From: Ruminococcus sp.
Lineage (GTDB): Bacteria > Bacillota > Clostridia > Oscillospirales > Acutalibacteraceae
Length of the DNA: 64,000 nucleotides
Direction: 5' to 3'
Assembly: GCA_045647135.1 (NCBI GenBank)
Contig: JAZRMA010000016.1
Coordinates: 2,889-66,888, forward strand
The notes beneath the pieces are model-generated. The model was not told where the DNA came from, did not search any database, and saw only the letters and a list, made by a program, of their open reading frames with translations. The translations under genes and the position numbers were made by a program. Position 1 is the stretch's first letter; every line of letters begins with the position of its first letter. Positions 23,300 to 33,677 of this stretch are shown piece by piece.

Positions 23300-24244
23300 A
23301 TGAAAACTGTTGATATTGTAGTACCTTGCTATAATGAAGAAGAAGTACTTCCCGAATTTGTAAGGGTGACAAACGAGGTTATCGCAACTCTGCCCGAGTA
23401 CAGCTTCCGCTATATTCTTGTAAACGATGGCAGTAAAGACAAAACCCTCTTAACAATGATAAAACTCGCAGAACAGTTTGAGAATGTAAAGTATATTTCT
23501 TTTGCAAGGAATTTTGGCAAAGAGGCTGCTATGTATGCAGGACTTGAGCATACAACTGCTGACCTTGTAATTGTTATGGATGCAGACCTGCAGCATCCCC
23601 CTGCAATGTTCCCCGAGATGCTCAAAGGTATCGAAGAGGGTCACGATTGCTGTGCTCTTTACAGAGAAGAAAAAGAGAGAAAAGACGGTCTCCTTCGTCG
23701 CGGCTTCTCTAAGCTCTTCTTCAAGATGCAGAATTCTATGTCTTCCGTAAAAATGCCCTACGGTGCAGTTGACTACCGAGTTATGACAAGACAGATGATT
23801 GACTCTATCCTTTCTCTTTCCGAGGTACAGAGATTTTCCAAGGGTATTTTCTGCTGGGTAGGCTTTGACACAAAGTGGATTCCTTACGAAAATGTTGAGA
23901 GAACAATCGGTACATCAAGCTGGAGTTTCTGGGGGCTTTTCAAGTATGCCATTGACGGAATCACTTCTTTCTCGGTTTCTCCTCTTAAGTTTATCTTTGT
24001 TTTGGGAATTCTGATGTTCTTCGGCTCAATTTTAGGTATGCTCGGCATTATTATCGAAGCTCTTGTTACAGGAGATTTTGGCTCAGGTTATGCTACAATT
24101 GTTTGTGTAATGCTGTTTATTGGCGGACTTATTGAGCTTTCTATCGGTATTATCGGTGAGTATCTGGGAAGAGTTTACATCGAAACAAAGAAAAGACCCA
24201 TTTACATCGCAAAGGTTAAGAACATCGAAAAAAACGAGAAATAA
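23300..24244 (+). CDS. GT2 undecaprenyl-phosphate glycosyltransferase (GtrB/CsbB-like)
   Basis: VPCYNEE, NDGSKD, RNFGKEAA, DADLQHPP, two C-terminal TMs, GEYLGRVY...KRP. Confidence 0.93.
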   Translation: MKTVDIVVPCYNEEEVLPEFVRVTNEVIATLPEYSFRYILVNDGSKDKTLLTMIKLAEQFENVKYISFARNFGKEAAMYAGLEHTTADLVIVMDADLQHPPAMFPEMLKGIEEGHDCCALYREEKERKDGLLRRGFSKLFFKMQNSMSSVKMPYGAVDYRVMTRQMIDSILSLSEVQRFSKGIFCWVGFDTKWIPYENVERTIGTSSWSFWGLFKYAIDGITSFSVSPLKFIFVLGILMFFGSILGMLGIIIEALVTGDFGSGYATIVCVMLFIGGLIELSIGIIGEYLGRVYIETKKRPIYIAKVKNIEKNEK

Positions 24245-24246
24245 TT

Positions 24247-24852
24247 ATGGAAAAATTACTTAACGTCTATAAGAAACACAAAGAAATAATTAATTATATA
24301 ATCGTCGGCGGTCTTACAACATTAGTCCGTTGGGGAACAACTGTTATTTTTGAAAATCTGTTTGCAGGATTTATGAGCGAGGGAGTACTTCGCGACACTC
24401 TTATCACAGCAGTTTCCCTTATTATTACAATTCTCTTTGCCTTCCCGCCAAATAAGCTTATTGTTTTTGAGAGCAAGAGTTTTTGCAAGAATATTGTAGG
24501 CATTGAGTTTATTGCCTTTATTTCTGCAAGAGCGGCGGCAAGTATTATTGAGCTTGTGGGTATTCCGCTTATCTGCGAGGTTACCTCAATGAACATCACT
24601 GTGGCAACAATGATAGTAAGTGTTGTTGTGTTGGTGGTAAACTACATCTTCAGCAAACTTTTTATCTTTAAAAACAGAGAAGGTAAAAAAGATAAGAAAG
24701 ACAAAAAAGATAAAAAGGGAGAAAAAGAATCTCTCGGCAAAAGAGCAAAGGACAAGCTTATCGGCACAACCCTTATAGTTATCTGCTCTGTAGTGGCTGT
24801 TGTTTCTATCTCGTTCTGGGTAGTTGATACCATCTCTAAAATTTTTGGATAA
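24247..24852 (+). CDS. GtrA-family flippase with extra C-terminal TM
   Basis: YIIVGGLTTLV, NKLIVF, VVNYIFSKLFIF. Confidence 0.85.
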   Translation: MEKLLNVYKKHKEIINYIIVGGLTTLVRWGTTVIFENLFAGFMSEGVLRDTLITAVSLIITILFAFPPNKLIVFESKSFCKNIVGIEFIAFISARAAASIIELVGIPLICEVTSMNITVATMIVSVVVLVVNYIFSKLFIFKNREGKKDKKDKKDKKGEKESLGKRAKDKLIGTTLIVICSVVAVVSISFWVVDTISKIFG

Positions 24853-24866
24853 TTTTTAAAAAAATC

Positions 24867-24901
24867 AAGGCTGTCTCACAAAATGTGGGACAGCCTTTTT
24901 T
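24867..24901. terminator. Terminator between convergent genes
   Basis: AAGGCTGTCTCACA-aaa-TGTGGGACAGCCTTTTTT. Confidence 0.8.
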
Positions 24902-24914
24902 GTACTGAAAAAAT

Positions 24915-25781
24915 TTAATTATTTTTTTCTGCTTTCAATCCTGTAAGTTTTTCAAAAATAGGAAGCTCGTAAGGCGGAAAGTAAAGTCCCCACAAAGTAC
25001 CGTTATGAGAAAACTCAAGTATGTAATAGTGAGTGAAGGTAATATGCTTTCCGTCTGCAGACTCAATATGCTTTCTGTACATCGGGTCGGTGTAGGGAAC
25101 TCTTTTGTTCCACCCAAAAGTTCGGACAGAATCATTAACTTTGCGAATATATTGCATAGTTTCAAGAGGTACAGCAAAACTATCAAAAACTGTGGAAACA
25201 CAAAAGTTATTGTTCTCTTTGTAGAAAAAATAATCTGTGTTTTCGTACGGGGGTGATTTTTTGTGCAGAGAAATTGGAGTTACCTTTCCGTTAATAAGTC
25301 TGTAATGAAAGAAGAGTACATCTGCCAGAATATAGTCATCGGGAATATTAAGCTCTTTTTGACTTTGTTTTTGAAGTTCATCTCTTTTTTTTATACAGTT
25401 CGCAAACTCTTCTTTTTTTATAAGTATGTTTCCGCGAAAATTATAAATGCGTGGAAGCAGAAAATATAATCCGTAACTTATGACAGCAATAAAGATGATA
25501 ATTAAAAAGTATTTTTCGTTGGGAATATTTTTTCTGCCGAAAAGATATGATACAATTTCCAAGGTTACGGTAAAACCAAGCAAAAGAAAAAAGTAAGGAA
25601 GATACATAAAAAACAAGGGAAGACTAAGTTTTTTGTCTAAGGCATTCTTTGTTTTGTACCAAAGATTCCACTTATCAGAGGTTTCTCGGGAAACATCGCA
25701 AATATTGAATTCTTTGCCGTTAGGGTATCTGTTAGAGTCGTCTTCTGTTCTGTCAACTTCGAGGAAAGGTTTAACTTCCAT
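24915..25781 (-). CDS. Hypothetical membrane protein (two TM helices)
   Basis: Start re-set to MEVKPF after a GGAGG RBS; the longer track ORF overlaps lepA. Confidence 0.75.
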   Translation of the reverse strand: MEVKPFLEVDRTEDDSNRYPNGKEFNICDVSRETSDKWNLWYKTKNALDKKLSLPLFFMYLPYFFLLLGFTVTLEIVSYLFGRKNIPNEKYFLIIIFIAVISYGLYFLLPRIYNFRGNILIKKEEFANCIKKRDELQKQSQKELNIPDDYILADVLFFHYRLINGKVTPISLHKKSPPYENTDYFFYKENNNFCVSTVFDSFAVPLETMQYIRKVNDSVRTFGWNKRVPYTDPMYRKHIESADGKHITFTHYYILEFSHNGTLWGLYFPPYELPIFEKLTGLKAEKNN

Positions 25782-25800
25782 AGCAAAACCTCCATAAAAC

Positions 25801-27621
25801 TTAGTCTGTATCAAGCTTGAGCACAGCCATAAATGCTTCCTGGGGAACTTCAACAGTACCCAGCTGACGCATACGCTTTTTACCTTCCTTCTGTTTTTCA
25901 AGAAGCTTTTTCTTACGGGTAATGTCACCGCCGTAGCACTTTGCAAGAACATCCTTACGCATAGCCTTAACGGTTTCACGGGCAATAATCTTGCCACCGA
26001 TACAAGCCTGAATGGGAACTTCAAAGAGCTGTCTGGGGATTTTCTCCTTGAGCTTTTCTGCCATCTTTCTTGCTCTGGGGTATGCCTTTTCTGCGTGGAT
26101 AATAAAGGAAAGTGCGTCAACAACATCGCCGTTGAGCATAATATCAAGTTTTACAAGCTGACTCTGTCTGTACTCCTTGAGTTCGTAGTCAAAGGAGGCA
26201 TAGCCTCGGGTTCTGGATTTAAGAGTATCAAAGAAGTCGTAAACGATTTCTGCAAGGGGAAGTTCGTAGTGAATGTCAACTCGGTCGGAGTCGATGTAGG
26301 TCATACCAATGAATACGCCGCGTCGCTCCTGACAAAGCTCCATAATGTTGCCTACATAGTCAGAAGGTGCATAGATGTGAGCGTTTGTAAAGGGCTCTTC
26401 TGCGCTCTGGATGAGAGAAGGCTCGGGGTAGTTTGTGGGGTTGTCAATCATCTTGACCGTACCGTCGGTAAGAGTGATTTTGTAGCTAACCGAAGGAGCA
26501 GTTGTAATAAGGTCAAGGTTAAATTCTCTTTCAAGTCTTTCCTGTATAATCTCCATGTGATGAAGTCCGAGGAAGCCGCAACGGAAGCCAAAGCCGAGAG
26601 CAACAGAGGTTTCTGCTTCGTAAGTAAGAGATGCGTCGTTGAGTTTGAGTTTTTCAAGTGCATCACGAAGGTCGCCATATTTTGCACCGTCAGCAGGATA
26701 AATACCGCAGTAAACCATAGACTGAATCTCTCGGTAACCGGGCAGAGGAAACTCTGCAGGATTTTTAGTAAGAGTTACGGTGTCGCCAACCTTTGCATCA
26801 CCAAGTGTTTTGATTGATGCGGTGATGTATCCAACTTCGCCTGCATAGAGGGTATCTCTCTGCTGTGATGCTACAGCACCCATATTGCCGAGCTCAACAA
26901 CAGAAAACACAGAGCCTGTCTGCATAAGTTTGAATTCGTCACCAACACTGATTTGTCCTTCTTTAATGCGGACATAGATGATAACACCCTTATAGCTGTC
27001 GTAGATGCTGTCAAAAATCATAGCCCTGAGAGGTGCATTGATGTCACCTTCGGGTGCAGGAACATCCTGAACAATTCGCTCCATAACAGAGTGGATGTTG
27101 ATGCCGTTCTTTGCGGAAATTTCGGGGGCATCCTGTGCGGGAATGCCTATAATATCCTCAATCTCGTTCTTGATACGGGCAGGGTCTGCTGATAAAAGGT
27201 CAATTTTATTTACAACGGGAACGATTTCAAGACCCGAGTCAACAGCCAGATAAGTGTTGGCAAGAGTCTGTGCCTCGATACCCTGAGTTGCGTCAACAAC
27301 AAGTACTGCACCCTCGCAAGCAGCAAGACTGCGGGAAACTTCGTAGTTAAAGTCAACATGGCCGGGGGTGTCGATAAGATTAAAGGTATATTCCTCGCCA
27401 TCGTCTGCTTTGTACTTAAGAGTTACCGCTCTTGCTTTAATAGTAATACCGCGCTCTTTTTCAAGCTCCATATCGTCAAGAATCTGGTCCTGCATCTGAC
27501 GTTCTGTAACAGAGCTTGTCTGCTCAAGAATACGGTCAGCAAGGGTAGATTTGCCGTGGTCTATGTGGGCAATAATGCTGAAATTTCTAATTTTACTCTG
27601 ATCGAATGCCAAGAGTATCAC
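25801..27621 (-). CDS. lepA: Elongation factor 4 LepA
   Basis: [42 protein letters not shown]. Confidence 0.99.
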   Translation of the reverse strand: MILLAFDQSKIRNFSIIAHIDHGKSTLADRILEQTSSVTERQMQDQILDDMELEKERGITIKARAVTLKYKADDGEEYTFNLIDTPGHVDFNYEVSRSLAACEGAVLVVDATQGIEAQTLANTYLAVDSGLEIVPVVNKIDLLSADPARIKNEIEDIIGIPAQDAPEISAKNGINIHSVMERIVQDVPAPEGDINAPLRAMIFDSIYDSYKGVIIYVRIKEGQISVGDEFKLMQTGSVFSVVELGNMGAVASQQRDTLYAGEVGYITASIKTLGDAKVGDTVTLTKNPAEFPLPGYREIQSMVYCGIYPADGAKYGDLRDALEKLKLNDASLTYEAETSVALGFGFRCGFLGLHHMEIIQERLEREFNLDLITTAPSVSYKITLTDGTVKMIDNPTNYPEPSLIQSAEEPFTNAHIYAPSDYVGNIMELCQERRGVFIGMTYIDSDRVDIHYELPLAEIVYDFFDTLKSRTRGYASFDYELKEYRQSQLVKLDIMLNGDVVDALSFIIHAEKAYPRARKMAEKLKEKIPRQLFEVPIQACIGGKIIARETVKAMRKDVLAKCYGGDITRKKKLLEKQKEGKKRMRQLGTVEVPQEAFMAVLKLDTD

Positions 27622-27771
27622 CTCAAAACATAAAAATACACTTTAATTATATCACATTGTTTTTTTAGTGACAATAGCACTGCATAATTTTATTTTCTTC
27701 TTAAAGCTTTTTGTTGTAAAACCTTTAGTTTTGTGATATAAAAGTCATAGAAACAAAAGGAGTGATTTAAT

Positions 27772-28218
27772 ATGACAAAAGCAGATAAGGCAAAAGAGCT
27801 TTTTTTAAAAGGATATAACTGTTCTCAGGCGGTTTTTGGTGCTTTTTGCGAAGACTTCGGTATAGAATTTAACATAGGAGTTAAAATTTCTTCGGGTTTT
27901 GGCGGAGGTTTTGCGAGACGTCGGGAGGTTTGTGGTGCTGTAAGCGGTGCAGTAATGGTGCTTTCGCTCCTGCATGGCTACACAGACGCCCAAGCAAAAG
28001 AGGAAAAAATTAAGCTTTACGAAGAAATAAGAGGTGTTCTCGCTGAGTTTGAAGAGGAAGTAGGCAGCATTATCTGTCGTGACCTTCTCGGATTAGAAGA
28101 AAAAGCATCTTCTCCTATACCTGAAGACAGAACAAAGAAATATTACGAAAAGCGTCCTTGTGCCGAACTTGTTTATACTGCGGCAAAATTTGTTGAGGAG
28201 CATATTGCAAAACTTTAA
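27772..28218 (+). CDS. C-GCAxxG-C-C family putative redox protein
   Basis: GYNCSQAV, GFGGG, VCGAVSGA, SIICRDL, RPC. Confidence 0.88.
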   Translation: MTKADKAKELFLKGYNCSQAVFGAFCEDFGIEFNIGVKISSGFGGGFARRREVCGAVSGAVMVLSLLHGYTDAQAKEEKIKLYEEIRGVLAEFEEEVGSIICRDLLGLEEKASSPIPEDRTKKYYEKRPCAELVYTAAKFVEEHIAKL

Positions 28219-28274
28219 ATTTTAGTTCTTGTAAACCGCAAAAATTCATATTCTTTAGAGATAAACTATGGGAG

Positions 28275-29156
28275 ATGAAATTTTTGCAAAAATACTCGGT
28301 AAATCCTCAATATCCTTTTACCTTTATAAGAACCCGCTATGCAGTAAGATGCCTGCAGAAAAAATATCCGCAAATTATTAAAATGATAAGAGGCGGATGC
28401 AGTGAGCAGGGCAGGGACATTTTTCTATTGAGATTTGGTAAAGGTGAGAAAAAGGTTTTAGTTACAGCCGCCATTCATGGCAGAGAGTATGTAACCACAG
28501 GTTTTCTTTTGAAAATTTTGGAGCTTTATGCGGAATACTTTTGCGAAAACACATTCATGGAGTGTGTAAGTATCCGCAATTTATTAGACGAATTTTCTTT
28601 TTATATTATTCCACAATGCAACCCTGATTCTGTGGAAATCTCCTTGAGAAGAGCAAAGCCTTCGGTGAAAATAGAGAATTACATTCCATACTGTTATAAG
28701 GATAACGCAAGGGGTGTAAATTTAAATGCAAATTTTCCATATTTGTGGGAGTATGTACCAAAAGAGAGAAACGGCGGAGAGTATTCGGCTTCAGAGAAAG
28801 AAACCCGATTTCTTATGGATGTTTGCAGAAAATATGAGTTTGAAAAAATGATTTCTCTGCATACCCGCGGAGGATGTGTATATTGGCGGGATAAGGGAAA
28901 CGGAGAAATTACAGGCGATAAAGAATTTGCCCATAAGCTATCACATCTTTGTAAACTGAAACTTTGCAAAGAAACAGAAGATATTAAATCTTATTCGGGC
29001 GGATTTGAAAACTGGTTTCGTTATGAATTTAAAAGACCTGCTGTTTGTGTGGAGCTTGTGAATGACGAGGATGCACCTTTTGATTTGTGTTGTCGGGAAT
29101 TTTACACATACACAGACTGGCAGAATACAAAGAACATACTTTTAACAGTAAAATAA
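28275..29156 (+). CDS. M14 zinc carboxypeptidase (gamma-D-glutamyl-mDAP peptidase-like)
   Basis: HGRE zinc motif, NPD, NARGVNLN, SLH, CVEL. Confidence 0.82.
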   Translation: MKFLQKYSVNPQYPFTFIRTRYAVRCLQKKYPQIIKMIRGGCSEQGRDIFLLRFGKGEKKVLVTAAIHGREYVTTGFLLKILELYAEYFCENTFMECVSIRNLLDEFSFYIIPQCNPDSVEISLRRAKPSVKIENYIPYCYKDNARGVNLNANFPYLWEYVPKERNGGEYSASEKETRFLMDVCRKYEFEKMISLHTRGGCVYWRDKGNGEITGDKEFAHKLSHLCKLKLCKETEDIKSYSGGFENWFRYEFKRPAVCVELVNDEDAPFDLCCREFYTYTDWQNTKNILLTVK

Positions 29157-29160
29157 AAAG

Positions 29161-29196
29161 AAATCCACCCGCTTTATTTATTGCGGGTGGATTTTT
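29161..29196. terminator. Bidirectional terminator
   Basis: AAATCCACCCGC-loop-GCGGGTGGATTTTT. Confidence 0.8.
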
Positions 29197-29197
29197 G

Positions 29198-29737
29198 TTA
29201 TAAAACTTTTCTCATAACCTCTGTGTAAGTGAGTTTTCCGTTTATACGGTCAGATCGCATAAGAGAAATTGAGTTTACTTGCATACGCTTTTTGGTAAGG
29301 ACTTTTGTCATAAGTTCTTTTGTGAAAGACGGAGCAGGAGTAAATTGTCTGCAAAGTGTAATGTGAGCCTTGAAAGGCTTTGTGTCAATTTTAAAGCCTC
29401 TATCAACAAGATTTTTTCTGATAGACATTGCAAGGGATTCGAGGTTCTTATTGCTCACTGTCTTTGCAAAACAGATACTGCCGTCTCTTGAAGAAAACTC
29501 GCCGAATCCCTCAAAGGTTAACTCAAAGGGATTTATATCTACCGCTTTTATAGCATCAGATGCCGAGCGGATATTGTTACTCTCGCCGATAAAAGCAAGG
29601 GTTAAGTGGAGATTTTCTTTTCGGGAGATGTTTGCGTAAGCGCTGTGTTCTTTTAAAAGAAGTGCACAGGAGTATAGATCGTCGGCAATTTCTTTTGTCA
29701 GATTTATTGCAACAAAAAGTCTGGGCATATTATTCAC
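29198..29737 (-). CDS. thpR: RNA 2',3'-cyclic phosphodiesterase (2H family)
   Basis: RLFVAI; two HxT motifs (LHLTL, AHITL). Confidence 0.9.
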   Translation of the reverse strand: MNNMPRLFVAINLTKEIADDLYSCALLLKEHSAYANISRKENLHLTLAFIGESNNIRSASDAIKAVDINPFELTFEGFGEFSSRDGSICFAKTVSNKNLESLAMSIRKNLVDRGFKIDTKPFKAHITLCRQFTPAPSFTKELMTKVLTKKRMQVNSISLMRSDRINGKLTYTEVMRKVL

Positions 29738-32141
29738 CCTTTAAAGCTTTGAAATGTTTGTCGGCAATTCGTACCGCACCCATAGCGTCTTTCGAATAAT
29801 AGTCTGCACCTATCATATCTGCATATTCCTGAGAGAGCACAGCACCGCCAACAGCTACTTTTGTATGGGGTGATTTTTTTCGCAGGAGTTTTATGGTACG
29901 CTCCATTGAGGGTACTGTGGTGGTCATAAGAGCAGAAAGTGCAACCAAAGTTGCGCCGGTTTTCTCTGTTGTTTCAAGAATAGTTTCTTCTGACACATCC
30001 TTGCCAAGATCGATAACATCGTAGCCGTAGTTTTCCAGCAGAATTTTTACGATATTCTTGCCAATGTCGTGAATGTCGCCCTTGACTGTGGCAACGATGA
30101 TTTTCTCTCCATTTTCGGAAGAATCGGCAGACATTGAAAGCACATCCTTAACTTCTGTAAATGCAGCCTTTGCTGCTTCTGCACTCATAAGAAGCTGGGG
30201 GAGATAAACTTTATTTTCTTCAAATCCGCGACCCACCACATCAAGAGCGGGAATGATATGGGAGTTGACAATATCAAGAGGAGCTGACTCTTTGAGAAGT
30301 TCTTTTGCAAGGAGTGAGCTCTCTTCGCAAAGCCCTGAGATGATAGTGTCTTTTAAAGTCAGTTTTCCTGTGTGGGCAGGTATGATGTTACCCGTATCTT
30401 CCATAGACATAACTTTGTCTATGATATTCTTTGCAAAAGTTTGCAGTTCGTCTGATGTATCAGAAGCGTTGTCATATCCTTCAAAATCCCTGCGACAAGC
30501 GTTAATCATATTCTCGGAATGGGGATTCATAATTGCAGAGGAAAGTCCGCACCTGAGCGCAAGAGAGAAGAATTCTGAGTTGACATAATCTCTGTGTGGC
30601 AGACCGAAAGAGATGTTGGAAACACCTAAAACTGTCTTGATTCCCATATTGGTGAGCTCTTCGATTGCCTCTAAGGTAACTTTTGCGGCGTTTTCGTCGG
30701 CACTGATTGCCATTGTTAAGGTGTCTACAATAATATTCTTTTTATCGATTCCGTAGCTTTCGGCTGTTTTTATTATTTTTTTTGCAATTTTTACTCGATC
30801 TTTTGCGGTTTCGGGAATGCCATCTTCGTCAAGGGTAAGGGCAACGATAACACCGCCGTATTTTTTTGCAAGGGGGAATACAGCCTTCATAGATTCTTCT
30901 TTGCCATTTACGGAGTTTATCATAGGCTTACCATTGTAAGTTCGCAGAGCTTTCTCTAAAGCGGCAGGGTCAGAGGTGTCAATCTGCAAGGGTGCATCGC
31001 AGACTCCCTGCAAATCTTCTATAACCTTCTTCATAACTGCAGGCTCGTCAATTTCGGGCAGACCGCAGTTTACATCAAGCACTTGTGCACCTGCCTGCTG
31101 CTGAAAAAGTCCTTCGCGCATAATGAATGCGTAGTCGCCTTCACGCAAGGCTTCTTTAACCTTCTTTTTGCCTGTGGGGTTGATACGCTCACCGATAATA
31201 ACGGGAGTGTCAGAAAATTCAACTGTGTGTGTATAAGAAGAGACAATAGTGTGATTCTTCTTTTCCATAGTTTTAACGGGATTATTTAACAGTAAATCGT
31301 GGGCAGTCTTTATATATTCGGGAGTTGTACCACAGCAACCGCCAATGACAGAAGCTCCGATTTTTGCGGATTTTACCATTTCTTTTGCATACTCTTCGGG
31401 GGTTACATCAAAAACAATTCTGCCGTTTTCGCTGCGGGGCAGACCTGCGTTGGGACTTATTATAAGAGGAGTGGAAGAATATTCTGCAAAGGTGCGTAGA
31501 ATTTCGTTCATCTTATTAGGTCCTAAAGAGCAGTTCATACCAATGGCATCAACACAAAGACCTTCAAGAAGTGCAATCATAGAAAGGGCGTCGGCACCTG
31601 TCATGAGCTTTTCTTTTTCGTCGTAAACATTTGTGACAAAAATGGGAAGGTCACAGTTTTCTTTTGCGGCAAGGACAGCGGCTTTAGTTTCGTAAGCATC
31701 GTTCATTGTTTCGATAAGCACAAGGTCTGCACCCTTTGCACCTATGCGGATAACCTTTGCAAAAGCCTCTACTGCATCCTCAAAATAAAGGTCGCCGAAG
31801 GGCTTTAAGATTTTACCGAGAGGACCGATGTCCAATGCAATATAACGTTTTTTGCCGCCAACAGAGTCAACAGCTTTTTTTGCACAGTTCAGAGCGGCAT
31901 TAACGATCGAGTCAAGTTCTGATTCAGAAAACTTGAGTGGATTTGCACCGAAGGTGTTGGTGCTTATAATATCGGACCCCGCCTCAAGATAAGATTGGTG
32001 GATTTCGGTGATGGCATCGGGGTTTGTTATGTTGAGACGCTCGGGAAGTTCGCCTGTTTTTAAGCCTCTTTTCTGAAGCTCGGTGCCCATAGCACCGTCA
32101 AAGAACAAGAGCTCTTTTCCGAGTTTTTCTTTTATATTCAT
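29730..32141 (-). CDS. metH: Cobalamin-dependent methionine synthase (Hcy, pterin and B12-binding domains; split form)
   Basis: DGAMGT, GGCCGTTP, IGERINPTG, GDIHDIGKN. Confidence 0.92.
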   Translation of the reverse strand: MNIKEKLGKELLFFDGAMGTELQKRGLKTGELPERLNITNPDAITEIHQSYLEAGSDIISTNTFGANPLKFSESELDSIVNAALNCAKKAVDSVGGKKRYIALDIGPLGKILKPFGDLYFEDAVEAFAKVIRIGAKGADLVLIETMNDAYETKAAVLAAKENCDLPIFVTNVYDEKEKLMTGADALSMIALLEGLCVDAIGMNCSLGPNKMNEILRTFAEYSSTPLIISPNAGLPRSENGRIVFDVTPEEYAKEMVKSAKIGASVIGGCCGTTPEYIKTAHDLLLNNPVKTMEKKNHTIVSSYTHTVEFSDTPVIIGERINPTGKKKVKEALREGDYAFIMREGLFQQQAGAQVLDVNCGLPEIDEPAVMKKVIEDLQGVCDAPLQIDTSDPAALEKALRTYNGKPMINSVNGKEESMKAVFPLAKKYGGVIVALTLDEDGIPETAKDRVKIAKKIIKTAESYGIDKKNIIVDTLTMAISADENAAKVTLEAIEELTNMGIKTVLGVSNISFGLPHRDYVNSEFFSLALRCGLSSAIMNPHSENMINACRRDFEGYDNASDTSDELQTFAKNIIDKVMSMEDTGNIIPAHTGKLTLKDTIISGLCEESSLLAKELLKESAPLDIVNSHIIPALDVVGRGFEENKVYLPQLLMSAEAAKAAFTEVKDVLSMSADSSENGEKIIVATVKGDIHDIGKNIVKILLENYGYDVIDLGKDVSEETILETTEKTGATLVALSALMTTTVPSMERTIKLLRKKSPHTKVAVGGAVLSQEYADMIGADYYSKDAMGAVRIADKHFKALKGE

Positions 32142-32146
32142 ATGTA

Positions 32147-32740
32147 TCAATCCTTTCGGGATTTTACGATTGCAGTAACGGATTTTGTGGGGGTTAAAAG
32201 CATGGAGTCGGTCATAGAAAGACCGATGTTAATGTGTGATGAAAGCAAGCTGAGAATTTCGGGCTGCATGAAAAGAGGTAAATCTCCGTATCCGGGAGAA
32301 AATCTTTCCTGACAGGGAACTTTAAAAACTTCACCGCACAGATAATCGCAGAAGCACTCAATAGCTGCGGTTGCACAGCCGTCTGTAATAACTGCTTTTG
32401 AAGGGGATAAGGTGCTGTAACGACTTATAAGCATATCTGCACCGATACCGATTGTGGCGGCAAAGATGTAGGCTTTTGAGCTGTTTCCGAGGAATTTTTT
32501 CAGAGATTTGCTCTCGGCTTTGCAGAATCCGAAATCCACAACATCACCGTCAAAATTTACACTGACCTCGGTGTAAACTGCACGAAGAGTGAGTTTTTCT
32601 TTGAGTTCTGCAAGACATTCCGTGCATAAAGAGATAAGCTTTTCGTCGGTGGAGTTTCTGCAACCGCTGTAAAGCATAATATCCTTGTAAGGAACACAGA
32701 GCTCCTTCGGGTCGAGGTTTAAAACTTTAATCTCGTTCAT
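32147..32740 (-). CDS. Methionine synthase activation-domain protein
   Basis: FAATIG, RFSPGYGDLP, PTKSVTAI; between metF and metH. Confidence 0.88.
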   Translation of the reverse strand: MNEIKVLNLDPKELCVPYKDIMLYSGCRNSTDEKLISLCTECLAELKEKLTLRAVYTEVSVNFDGDVVDFGFCKAESKSLKKFLGNSSKAYIFAATIGIGADMLISRYSTLSPSKAVITDGCATAAIECFCDYLCGEVFKVPCQERFSPGYGDLPLFMQPEILSLLSSHINIGLSMTDSMLLTPTKSVTAIVKSRKD

Positions 32741-32742
32741 AA

Positions 32743-33606
32743 TTAACCTTTTATTATCTCCGAGAGATTTCGCTGAATCTCAGCTGCAACATCGGGTTTG
32801 TTCATAGAATAAACATGAACATTCTTTATCCCTGATGCATAGAGGTCGATAATCTGCTCGGTAGCATAGGCAATACCTGCCTGTTTCATAGCCGCAGGAT
32901 TGTCGCCGTATTTGTCTGCGATTTTGATAAATCTTTTGGGAAGTACCGTGCCCGAAAGTTCGCAGGAACGCATAATCTGACGGGCGTTTGTAATGGGCAT
33001 AATTCCTGCAACAATGGGGACAAAAATGCCTTTGCGGTGGAGCTTGTCGATGTAGCTGTAAAGAATGTCGTTGTTAAAAAACATCTGGGTTGTGAGGAAG
33101 GAACAGCCTGCTTCTACCTTTTTGCCGATGTTTACAATATCTGCCTCAAGTGACTCGCTCTCAAGATGGCCTTCGGGATAACAGGCACCGCCGATACAAA
33201 AGCCGCCGAAATCCACGATTTCGCGAATAAGCTCGGATGCGTACTTGTAGTCTGTGGAGTGGTTGCCTTCTTTTGGAATATCACCCCGAAGAGCAAGAAT
33301 ATTCTCGATACCCTCTGCTCTGAGTTTTTTAAGCTGTGAGTGTACGGTCTCCTTTGAGGAAGAAACGCAGGTAAGGTGGGCAAGAGTGGGAACACCATAG
33401 GTGCTTTCAATATCCTTTGCAATTGAAACGGTGTACTCGCTTGTACCGCCGCCTGCACCATAGGTAACACTCATATAATCAGGATTTAGCTTTGCTATAT
33501 CGAGAGCCGCCTGCTCTACTTTTTCGTATAAATCGGAGGTTTTTGGAGGAAAAACCTCGAAAGAAAGTGTGGGTTTATCCTCTCTGAAAAGTTCGGATAA
33601 TTTCAT
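32743..33606 (-). CDS. metF: 5,10-methylenetetrahydrofolate reductase
   Basis: SFEVFPPK, SVTYGAGG, AHLTC, LALRGD, TQMFF. Confidence 0.96.
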   Translation of the reverse strand: MKLSELFREDKPTLSFEVFPPKTSDLYEKVEQAALDIAKLNPDYMSVTYGAGGGTSEYTVSIAKDIESTYGVPTLAHLTCVSSSKETVHSQLKKLRAEGIENILALRGDIPKEGNHSTDYKYASELIREIVDFGGFCIGGACYPEGHLESESLEADIVNIGKKVEAGCSFLTTQMFFNNDILYSYIDKLHRKGIFVPIVAGIMPITNARQIMRSCELSGTVLPKRFIKIADKYGDNPAAMKQAGIAYATEQIIDLYASGIKNVHVYSMNKPDVAAEIQRNLSEIIKG

Positions 33607-33634
33607 ATTATACACACCCTTTTGTATATTTGTT

Positions 33635-33664
33635 TATACCCCGAACAGAACTGCTCGGGGTATA
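33635..33664 (-). terminator. Hairpin between aspS and metF
   Basis: TATACCCCGA-loop-TCGGGGTATA; weak U tract. Confidence 0.5.
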
Positions 33665-33677
33665 ATTTTTATTATAA

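Noticed and set aside
25782-26147. N-terminal extension of the 410-aa track ORF, or a lepA frameshift fusion
   Set aside because: It overlaps lepA out of frame; a GGAGG RBS supports the start at 25781 and no slippery site was evident
28700-28740. M14 peptidase NANF in place of NRNF, suggesting an inactive enzyme
   Set aside because: Zinc ligands and the catalytic Glu appear intact, and this position varies in the subfamily
33607-33677. SAM riboswitch upstream of metF
   Set aside because: Too short, with no SAM-I consensus; just one hairpin
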